DNA from: a virus | Taxonomy: Duplodnaviria; Caudoviricetes | Direction: 5' to 3' (one strand) | Virus record (IMG/VR): IMGVR_UViG_3300008255_000261 | Location: 1 to 36,648 of that record | DNA length: 36,648 nt | Shown: positions 17,866 through 26,700 of the stretch, piece by piece | Numbering within the stretch: position 1 is the stretch's first letter | How the letters are laid out: the number at the start of each line of letters is the position of its first letter | Program-made: the position numbers and the translations under genes | Notes under the pieces: model-generated | Seen by the model: only the letters and a program-made list of their open reading frames with translations | Databases searched by the model: none | What the model was told of the DNA's origin: nothing

Positions 17866-19413
17866 ATGACAGGATTAATAACAATAAATACAATAGGAGT
17901 AGATACAGGACCATTTAATATATATTCCAATATAGATGGATTTGTTTCTGCATTTGAAACAAATATAAATAGAACACAACTATTAGCAGGATTTTACACT
18001 GATCTTATACCAGATGGTACAGTAAAAATAAAAGTTGTAGATCTTGGGGATTGTGCTCTTTATATTGATATAATATTAGAGACTATATTATGTTATAGAT
18101 TTTTCCCAGAATTAGGATATTATTTTACAGATTATTTATACAAACCCACCACTACATATTTATATGGAACTTTTAATTCATTTGAAAATGGAGTGGATGT
18201 TATACCTTTAGGTAAAATAGTTAGACTTAATAATGATTTAACTATAGATGAAACATTTGTAACAGGTACAGGATTTGATGCTGTATTATATGATGGTTCT
18301 TCCATATTTGAACAAGCTGATGGAAAAATTATAGCAACTGGTGATTTTATTTCTTATAATGGTACTTCTGCTAATAGAATTATTAGACTTAATATAGATG
18401 GAAGTATTGATCCTAGTTTTAATTATGGAACAGGTTTTAATAACTTCACTCAAGGTGGGGCAGTAGATTCATTAGGAAGAATTATTATAACAGGAATATT
18501 TAATTTATATCAAGGAATAGTATCTAATAGAATTGTTAGACTTCTTTCAGATGGTACTAGAGACTCATCTTTTATAACAGGAGTAGGATTTGATAACACC
18601 ACTGTAGATGTTTTGATAAACCCAGATGATTCCATGTATATAACAGGGTATTTTAGCAATTATAATGGTACATCTGGATTAAATGGTATTGTTAAATTAG
18701 ATTCTGTAGGAACTATAGATCCTACATTTATAAGTGGAACAGGGTTTAATCCTTACACTGCTTCTAATCCAAATAATTTTGCAAGACTTATAGGAGAAAC
18801 TTCTTTTTATGTAGCAGGATATTTTACATCTTATAATGGAATAAGTGTCAATAGAATTATTAAATTAAATGAAAATGGTACTGTAGATGGTTCGTTTAGT
18901 TCTGGAACAGGATTTAATGCAAATGTATCCACTATAAAAGTAATTTGGAATGATAAATTAATAATTACAGGAAGTTTTACAGAATATAATGGAACAGTTT
19001 CTAATAAAACCATCATATTAAATTCAGATGGTAGTATATATTTAGCTCTTCCATTTGATACTTATCACTCCCCTTTTATAATTCAAAATACTTTATATGG
19101 AGCATTATTAGGAGAATGTTTACAACCTATTTATGAGCACACAACAACAACTTCTACAACTACATCTTTACCCCCATGGACTGAGTTCACTGTAGGAGCT
19201 TCATTTCAGGTTGCTTGTGAATCTATTCCAGAACCATTTACGTTAATATTATATCATAACGGAGAAGGAACATATCCAGTAATAGGTGATATAATTTCTG
19301 TAAGTGTAACAGGTTCTCCTGTGTATGAAACAGTTGGTGGTGTACATTATGCTCCTTTTGGAGAATTACTTACAGACTCCTCTGGAACAATGCAATTAAT
19401 TACCTGTAGATAA
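17866..19413 (+). CDS. delta-60 repeat (DUF5122-like beta-propeller) protein, candidate receptor-binding fibre
   Basis: Repeats such as QADGKIIATGDF.SYNG...NRIIRLN.DGSIDPSF..GTGFN; N-terminal GPF domain; Thr linker; Cys-bounded C-domain. Confidence 0.8.
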   Translation: MTGLITINTIGVDTGPFNIYSNIDGFVSAFETNINRTQLLAGFYTDLIPDGTVKIKVVDLGDCALYIDIILETILCYRFFPELGYYFTDYLYKPTTTYLYGTFNSFENGVDVIPLGKIVRLNNDLTIDETFVTGTGFDAVLYDGSSIFEQADGKIIATGDFISYNGTSANRIIRLNIDGSIDPSFNYGTGFNNFTQGGAVDSLGRIIITGIFNLYQGIVSNRIVRLLSDGTRDSSFITGVGFDNTTVDVLINPDDSMYITGYFSNYNGTSGLNGIVKLDSVGTIDPTFISGTGFNPYTASNPNNFARLIGETSFYVAGYFTSYNGISVNRIIKLNENGTVDGSFSSGTGFNANVSTIKVIWNDKLIITGSFTEYNGTVSNKTIILNSDGSIYLALPFDTYHSPFIIQNTLYGALLGECLQPIYEHTTTTSTTTSLPPWTEFTVGASFQVACESIPEPFTLILYHNGEGTYPVIGDIISVSVTGSPVYETVGGVHYAPFGELLTDSSGTMQLITCR

Positions 19414-19448
19414 ATCTAAAATTCTTGTTTTATTGGTTTTACAGGAAT

Positions 19449-19480
19449 CTCCCATTGATTATATCTTTGGGAGTTTTTTT
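19449..19480 (+). terminator. intrinsic terminator
   Basis: CTCCCA...TGGGAG stem followed by T7. Confidence 0.7.
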
Positions 19481-19520
19481 ATAATTTATTTAATTATATT
19501 AAATAACAATTTTAATTAAA

Positions 19521-19557
19521 TAAATTTGTTATTTATGAAAATATTTTATTATATTTA
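19521..19557 (+). promoter_or_regulatory. putative Bacteroidota-type promoter
   Basis: TAAATTTG at 19521-19528, and TTTG-N21-TATATTTA ending at 19557. Confidence 0.45.
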
Positions 19558-19581
19558 CAGTAATTTTTACAAAGCAAACAT

Positions 19582-20802
19582 ATGACTGAAAACGAAAAGT
19601 TATTAGAAAGATTAGAAAAGTTATTAAAATGGAAAAAAAGTAAAAAATTCTATTCTGAAAAATTAAATATAAGTGAAACAGAAGTAGATGAATTATTAAA
19701 AGAACTAAGAAATACAGGAGAAGAAGTAGAAGAAGAAATTGATATAGATTCTTTTACAAAAAAAGTTAATACAGAAAAAGGTACAATAGAAAGTGTAATA
19801 ACAGTTGATTTTGAACCAAAAGATGAATTAGAATTAGCAAAATTACATAAAATTGATTTAGATAAATACATTATTACAAATTATTGGTCTAAATTAAAAG
19901 AAAATGGCAAGTTTACTTCTTCTGTTTTTAGTAAAAAGAAAAAACCAGAAGATTATTCAATAGAAGATTTTTCTAAATTTTTAACTAATTATAGTCCACC
20001 TAAAAAAGAGATAATAAAAGAAAATCAAAATAGTGCTAAAGAACATATAGATGTTGAATTATCAATATCAGATTTTCATCTTGCAAAAAAATATATTGAG
20101 GATATTAATAATATTAAAGAAAGAGCTAAAATATTTTTTAATATTGCCAAAGATTTAATAGATAAATCAAAGGCTTCCTATTATTTAAATACAGTTGTTT
20201 TTCCTATTTCTAATGATTTTTTTCATACAGATAATATTCAAAATAGTACAACAAATGGTACACCCCAAGATGTGATAGCTGAATTTGATTCTGAATATGA
20301 AATTGGATTTGATTTACTTGTTAAAACTATTAATATGTTACAACAAAATGCTAATGATGTAAAAGTTATATTAGTACAAGGAAATCATGATAGAACAAAA
20401 TCTTTTTATTTAGCTCATGCTTTAGAAATTTATTTTAAAAATGAGTTAGATGTTTCTTTTATTAGACATCATAGCACTATTAAAGGAGTGGTGTTAGGAA
20501 ACACATTTATTGGTTATCATCATGGCAATTGTAAAATTGATGAATTACCTTTATTATTTGCTACAGATCCATTATATTCCTCAAAATTTGGTGATGCTAA
20601 ATATAGAGAAATTCATACAGGGGATAAACATCATTATATGGCAAAAGAAATAAAAGGTGTTAGAATACAACAAATGCCTAGTTTATCTGGGACAGATAGA
20701 TGGCATAGAGATAATAACTATGTTAATAATATAAGAGCAGCACTATTGATTGGATATAATCCAAAAGAAGGAAAGTGTTGTGAATTTGAAAAAAGAATTT
20801 AA
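19582..20802 (+). CDS. calcineurin-like metallophosphoesterase with N-terminal HTH-like region
   Basis: SDFH, NDFFHTD, GNHD, HHG and HTGDKHH motifs in canonical order. Confidence 0.85.
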   Translation: MTENEKLLERLEKLLKWKKSKKFYSEKLNISETEVDELLKELRNTGEEVEEEIDIDSFTKKVNTEKGTIESVITVDFEPKDELELAKLHKIDLDKYIITNYWSKLKENGKFTSSVFSKKKKPEDYSIEDFSKFLTNYSPPKKEIIKENQNSAKEHIDVELSISDFHLAKKYIEDINNIKERAKIFFNIAKDLIDKSKASYYLNTVVFPISNDFFHTDNIQNSTTNGTPQDVIAEFDSEYEIGFDLLVKTINMLQQNANDVKVILVQGNHDRTKSFYLAHALEIYFKNELDVSFIRHHSTIKGVVLGNTFIGYHHGNCKIDELPLLFATDPLYSSKFGDAKYREIHTGDKHHYMAKEIKGVRIQQMPSLSGTDRWHRDNNYVNNIRAALLIGYNPKEGKCCEFEKRI

Positions 20803-20804
20803 AA

Positions 20805-21527
20805 ATGAGTACAGGAAGAAAATTGGTTAGTGATGTTCGTAGTATGCATAAATTACTAAGTACAGATTCCCTTATTACAGATAGAGTGATTCTTTCTGAA
20901 ATAAGAAATAATTCTTTACTATTAATAAAAAGAGAAACCAATTTAAGAAAATTATGGGCAACTGATACAATATTTACAACAATTCCTTGTTTAGAAATGT
21001 GTGAAGTGTCTATTTCTGAATGTTGTAATTATGTAGATGATTGTAATATATCAAGAAGTCTTTATAAACTTCCAAGTATTGCTGAAGGTAATTATCAATA
21101 TTTAATTCAAGGAATTTATTCTATTAATATATTAAGTGGAAAAGGAAAAAAATTAAAAGAAATTTCTGTTAATAGATATATAAATTTATTAAACCTTCCA
21201 GTTATAAAAAATGAAGAATATTATTGGATTGTTAATGATTATTTATATGTTACAAATCCTCTAGTGAAAGGTGTTAGATTTACAGCATTATTTGAAGAAG
21301 ATGTTCCAAATGAAATAATGTATTCTGAATGTGCATGTGGAAATAATAAACCTTTAGATGAAATTTGTAAAAATCCATTAGATAAAGAATTTCCCTTACC
21401 TGGATATTTAGAAAAACAAGTGTTAGAATTGACATCACAAAAATTATTAAGTACATATTTTCAACTTAAAACTGATGTATCTTCAGAAGGATTAGATGGT
21501 CAAGCTCCTAATATTAATAAAAAATAA
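20805..21527 (+). CDS. putative tail ring protein
   Basis: 240 aa, C-terminal FPLPGYLEKQVLEL ring-like motif; synteny. Confidence 0.55.
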   Translation: MSTGRKLVSDVRSMHKLLSTDSLITDRVILSEIRNNSLLLIKRETNLRKLWATDTIFTTIPCLEMCEVSISECCNYVDDCNISRSLYKLPSIAEGNYQYLIQGIYSINILSGKGKKLKEISVNRYINLLNLPVIKNEEYYWIVNDYLYVTNPLVKGVRFTALFEEDVPNEIMYSECACGNNKPLDEICKNPLDKEFPLPGYLEKQVLELTSQKLLSTYFQLKTDVSSEGLDGQAPNINKK

Positions 21528-21530
21528 TCA

Positions 21531-22013
21531 ATGAGTAGAGTTAAAGTTGATTATAGATCAAATAGTAAAGAAAATTATAATGATTTTTGTAAGAAACATC
21601 CAACATTAGATTTATCATATGATATATGGAAAAAAATATTATATGAATTTAATAGTTCATTTAGAGAACATATTTTAGAAACAGGAGAAAAAATAAAATT
21701 ACCATATGGGTTTGGATCATTTTCTATAAATAAAAAGAAAAGAAGAAAGATTAAAACAAGTCCTGATGGAAAAGAATTTATAAATCTTCCTATTGATTGG
21801 AAGAAAACAAAAGAAAAAGGAAAATATATTTATAATTTTAATCATCATACAGAAGGATATTATTTTGGATGGCATTGGTTTAAAGAAACAGCAAGATTTA
21901 AATATGTAAATTTGTGGTATTTTAAACCTTCAAGAGTAACATCTCGTCTTATAACACATTATTTAAAGATTGATGATAAATATCAACATATTTATAAAGA
22001 ATATAGTAAATAA
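21531..22013 (+). CDS. IHF/HU-like protein (crAss-type)
   Basis: ILETGEKIKLPYGFGSFSINKKK and C-terminal FKPSR; basic; located before the tail genes. Confidence 0.7.
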   Translation: MSRVKVDYRSNSKENYNDFCKKHPTLDLSYDIWKKILYEFNSSFREHILETGEKIKLPYGFGSFSINKKKRRKIKTSPDGKEFINLPIDWKKTKEKGKYIYNFNHHTEGYYFGWHWFKETARFKYVNLWYFKPSRVTSRLITHYLKIDDKYQHIYKEYSK

Positions 22014-22034
22014 TAAAAATATTTTTTAAATGTT

Positions 22035-22167
22035 TTACAACGTGTTTGTGTATAAATAGTAAGGGCTAAGTATAAGCTAGTTATTCACAAAGCGATTAGA
22101 TTGTTAAATAGAAATTAATTTTAATTAGACATTGCGCCCTTATTAATTATACACGATGTTGTGTTTA
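22035..22167 (-). repeat. attC-like recombination hairpin
   Basis: Plus strand ACAAC-6nt-GTGTATAA-4nt-TAAGGGC ... GCCCTTA-4nt-TTATACAC-3nt-GTTGT; about 130 bp, bounded by AAC/GTT, about 40 nt downstream of the minus-strand ORF stop. Confidence 0.7.
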
Positions 22168-22752
22168 GTATTTTTAAAATCAAAATAATATGAGTAATAA
22201 AATTGTTAGTTGGAACCAGTGGAATAATCGTTATAAATCGAATCCTTTAAATTTTTCATCTCTTTTTTCAGATGCAATATTTCTTTTTGATTGTTTTCTG
22301 TGGTTTCTTGTAATTCTTGGAGTTGTTTGTTATACTTATTTAATATATCATCAGTTCTTTGGTTAATAAATCCAAAGTATATAGTAGATGCTACTGAAAT
22401 AGCTGTAATAATTAACATTATACGTTCAGCGTAATTAATTTTATTTGTTTTAATTGAAAGTCCAACAGGAGTGATGTTACATAACCATTCAAAATCCGAA
22501 TAATTACTATGAATATCTATATAATCTTTGTCAACCATATATTGACAAAACCATTGAGCAGTAAATGTATTAAATCCATCAAGTGCTTTTTTATTTAGAA
22601 TAACTATAGACCAAATATTTTTAAAGTTGGTGTTTGTTCCATTAGCAGGAATATAATTTAAAAGTTTACAAATAGTTTGTTTACGTAAAACTTTTAAATA
22701 CCACCATTCTTCTAGTGTCATACAATTATTTTTTTTTCAATATTAAATACAA
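22041..22752 (-). mobile_element. putative integron-type gene cassette
   Basis: Single antisense ORF flanked by a 14-bp direct repeat TACAACGTGTTTGT (22036-22049, 22748-22761); cassette start GTTGTATTTA complements the inverse core TAAACACAAC at 9 of 10 positions. Confidence 0.65.
22206..22721 (-). CDS. cassette-encoded membrane protein (N-domain, one TM helix, coiled coil)
   Basis: 171 aa, ATG start, does not overlap any plus-strand gene; TM IMLIITAISVASTIYFGFI. Confidence 0.8.
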   Translation of the reverse strand: MTLEEWWYLKVLRKQTICKLLNYIPANGTNTNFKNIWSIVILNKKALDGFNTFTAQWFCQYMVDKDYIDIHSNYSDFEWLCNITPVGLSIKTNKINYAERIMLIITAISVASTIYFGFINQRTDDILNKYNKQLQELQETTENNQKEILHLKKEMKNLKDSIYNDYSTGSN

Positions 22753-22811
22753 CGTGTTTGTATAAAATTTAGTTTTTAATTAATTTTATATATTATTATA
22801 AATAAATTATT

Positions 22812-23768
22812 ATGTCATATTATTATAAATATAATTTTGTTTCCCCTGCACCAATTTATGCAATTGTAAAAGAAGAACTTAAAAGTTATTTTGATACAGG
22901 TGCTATAGATGATTTGATGTTTCCAACATATTTAAATAAATGTTTAAATAAACTTGGAAAAACAACATATAAAGTAGTACCAACACCTTTATATGTTGAA
23001 GATTATGAAGCAAGATTACCAGATAATTTTATTTCTGTTAAAGAAGCATGGATGTGCGCAGAAGTACCATTAAATTCTTATCAAGTTGCAAGTTCTTTTT
23101 ATTCTCAAAGTGCTTCTTGTATAACAATACAAGTTAGTCCAGTTATAGTAAATGGAGAATCTTGTAATAATCCTATATGTGAAAATTCAAATTGTAATGG
23201 ATGTATGCCAGAAGTTATTCAAGCTGTTTATAAAACAAATGGAGAAATAGAACGTTCTTATATAAAACAATATTTATTAAAGCCTGGAAACATTTCAGCA
23301 AAACAAAATTGTGATGTAGGTTATTCAGAAAACTGGGCTCAATCTATTAAAGAATATAATCCATATGCTTCATCATATGATTCATTTGATATAAGAGACA
23401 ATAAATTTGTAACAAATTTTAGAAATGGTATTGTACATTTAAACTTTTATGCTGAAGATTATGATGATGATGATAATCAGTTAATTCCAGATAATTATAG
23501 AATTAGAGAATATATAGAAGCATTTATAAAATATAAAATGTTTGAAACATTGTTTAATCAAACCAATGATGAAACTTTTAATCAAATAGAAAAAAAATAT
23601 ATAATGTATAAACAAGCTGCTGATGAAGCATTTGTTTTGGCATCAACAGAAACAAAAAAACAAACTGTTTGGGAAAAACAAAGGAGAATTAAAAACACTC
23701 TTAATAGAAATAATATGTATCAACTTCCTAATTATACAAATAGTTTTAGAAGAAAGCGTAATAATTAA
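22812..23768 (+). CDS. putative tail ring / tubular adaptor protein
   Basis: ARLPDNF and IPDN..I.E.IEAFIKYK motifs; directly upstream of the muzzle gene as in crAss-like phages. Confidence 0.6.
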   Translation: MSYYYKYNFVSPAPIYAIVKEELKSYFDTGAIDDLMFPTYLNKCLNKLGKTTYKVVPTPLYVEDYEARLPDNFISVKEAWMCAEVPLNSYQVASSFYSQSASCITIQVSPVIVNGESCNNPICENSNCNGCMPEVIQAVYKTNGEIERSYIKQYLLKPGNISAKQNCDVGYSENWAQSIKEYNPYASSYDSFDIRDNKFVTNFRNGIVHLNFYAEDYDDDDNQLIPDNYRIREYIEAFIKYKMFETLFNQTNDETFNQIEKKYIMYKQAADEAFVLASTETKKQTVWEKQRRIKNTLNRNNMYQLPNYTNSFRRKRNN

Positions 23769-23773
23769 TTACA

Positions 23774-26700
23774 ATGGCAAATAAAGATCAAAGTAATATA
23801 AAACAAGAATTTAATAATGCTAGTGTAGGATTAAATTTAGATCAATCTATTAATCAAGTAAAAAAAGGAACATTAACATATTCTCTAAATGCTGTTGTAG
23901 AAAATTTTGATGCCAATTCTGTAAACTATCAAAATGAACAAGGAAATGAATTGTGTTTTGAATTTCCAAAAGATTTTATTTTAATTGGTAAACATTTTAT
24001 AGCAGAACAATCAAAACAAATATTTTTTATTACAAATCCTATTACAAATGATTGTCAAATAGGAATGATGGAAAATAATGATTGTCAATATAAAATCTTA
24101 ATTGATGATACTTGTTTAGGATGGAATATTAATTATCCTATACATAAAATTATTCATAAAATTACAAATTGTTCTACAGAAATTTATTGGGCAGATAATA
24201 TTGCAAGAAGACATTTAGATATTGATAATATTCCATATAAATTAAAATATGGTACAAAATTATGCAATCCTATATATTCTGAAGAAATAGATTGTAATCA
24301 GTTAAGTGTTCAACCAGATTTTAATATACCATTATTATCTATCATAGATGTAAAAACAGGTGGAAATTTAATATCTGGAACATATCAATTTACAGCACAA
24401 TATTCAGATTCTCAAGGAAATGGTTATACATCCTATTATTCTGTAACAAATCCTACACCTATTGCAGATTTACAAATAACAACAAAAGATTTTAATTATC
24501 CTGTAGGTAAATCTATTGTTATTGATATAGATAATCTTGATGCATCAGGACAATTTCAATATTTTAATTTAGCAGTGGTTAAAACAATAAATAATATATC
24601 TTCTGTTGAATTAGTGGGAACATATTTTATTGATAACACCAATAAACAAATAACATATACAGGACAATCTAAAACAGATATTAAATTATCAATAAATGAT
24701 ATATTTGAAAAATTTCCATATTATGAACTTGCAGATGATATTACATCAGTACAAGATATATTAGTTTGGAAAGGATTAACTTCTGTTGATAGAGTTAATT
24801 ATCAAAAAATAGCAAATCAAATAAGTTTACAGTGGCAAACTTTTAGAATTCCAGTAGAGGAAGATTACACAGATGAATTAAATGCTACAAATTTAAGAGG
24901 ATATTTAAGAGATGAAATTTATCCAATTGAAATATGTTTTGAACTTAAAAATGGCAAGCAAACCGATGGATTTCATATACCTGGAAGAAGTAAAACCTCT
25001 AATGAAACTTTATATTCTGACATACAAAATTCAAATCCTGATTTTATAGGAGATGAAGAAAGTGCACCATATTGGAAAGTATATAATACAGCTAGTGTAA
25101 TAGGATATTCAGATGAATATGATGCTACAAATGTAAATTATAAAGGCCCTTATGAATATGGAGAATTTGCATATTGGGAATCCACAGAAACCTATCCTTG
25201 TAATGAAGAATTATGGGGTGAATTAGCTGGAAGAAAAATTAGACATCATAAGTTTCCAGATAATTTAATATCTCCTCATATTGAATCAAAACAATATGAT
25301 GGTGCTTTAGAGATGGGAGATGTTGCCAAATTTCCAATTGGAATAAAAATAGATGTTTCTCAAATTACAACACTTATACAAACTTCTGAATTAACTCAAG
25401 AACAAAAAGACAATATTGTAGGATTTAAAATTTTAAGAGGAGACAGGAATACAAATAAATCAATAATTGGAAAAGGTATATTAAGAAATGTTGGTAAATA
25501 TGAAAGAGAAGGACAAAAATATTATTATCCTAATTATCCATATAATGATTTAAATGAAGATGTATTTTTAAATAAAAAAAATAATGCATGGATAAATCAA
25601 TGTCAAGAATTTAATATAATAGTAGAAGGATTAGCAATAGATCCAAATGGAGGAGATGATTATTTTGAAATTGAATTTACAAATTGTGATACAAACAAAT
25701 CAGAAAAGTTAAAATACTATGAATTAGGCACATATTCTATACCTTCTATAGATTTACCAATTTTATTAAATGGTATTGGAAAAATAAAATATGGAAATTA
25801 TGATATTTGGAGAATTGCTTCCACAGGTACGGCTATTCAAGCTTGTGCAGGATGGAGAGCAAGTTGGTTAAATTCTGAAGGAAATATTCAAGAAGAATGG
25901 GTTAGTGGATGGCCAATAAATGAAAGTAAAAATGTTGAAGTTAAATTAGGTACTTCTGTAACTTGTGTAGATGGTTGTAATCATTGTGGGAAAACATATA
26001 ATTATGTATCAACTATTAATTCTGAAATTGATTATTCTAACTCTGAAAATATAAAAGTAGATGCAATTGATTCTTTTGAAAATTTAGGATATATACAAAT
26101 TTTTAATTCACCAGAAACTTCTTTTGGACAACCATTTTTAGGAAATGTTCTAAAATTAGAAAATGTTTTATATGGAAAAGGAAAAGGACATTTTGTTGAA
26201 GTAAAGAAAAATGCAAAATATAAACTGTTAACAGCAGAAGCACAACAAGATGCTTTAGATAGCTCTCAAGAAATAGGAGCTATCACTTCTCCATTTAATG
26301 CACAAGCAATGTTTGCTGCTTATCAAGCATATTTAACTATTTATACAAATGGAATTACAAGAAAAAATTATGCATACTCTTATAATTCAATAGCAGATTA
26401 TAATTATACAGAAGATATATTAAATGAAGGTAATAAACAACGACAAATAGATTTTACAAAATATTTAATTCCAACTGTACAATCTATAGGAGATAATTCA
26501 GGAGTAAGTTTAAATAATTATCAAAGAGAATCATCTATTTTTATAAAAACAATAGAAGATAGAAATGGTAATCCTATAACAGCTTTACCTTTTCCAAATA
26601 CTTTATCTCCTATAAATGAAGTATCAAGAATTACAATAGGAGATAGTGGATTATGTAGTAAACCAGCAAAAGAACAAGATATAAGTGTTGTTTCTTATTA

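Noticed and set aside
16496-19413. Diversity-generating retroelement acting on fibre genes
   Set aside because: No reverse transcriptase and no template/variable repeat pair differing at adenines seen in the window
22036-22761. CRISPR mini-array or IS target duplication as the explanation for the 14-bp direct repeat
   Set aside because: Only two copies about 700 bp apart, enclosing a gene; no transposase or terminal inverted repeats; the repeat is part of a larger hairpin
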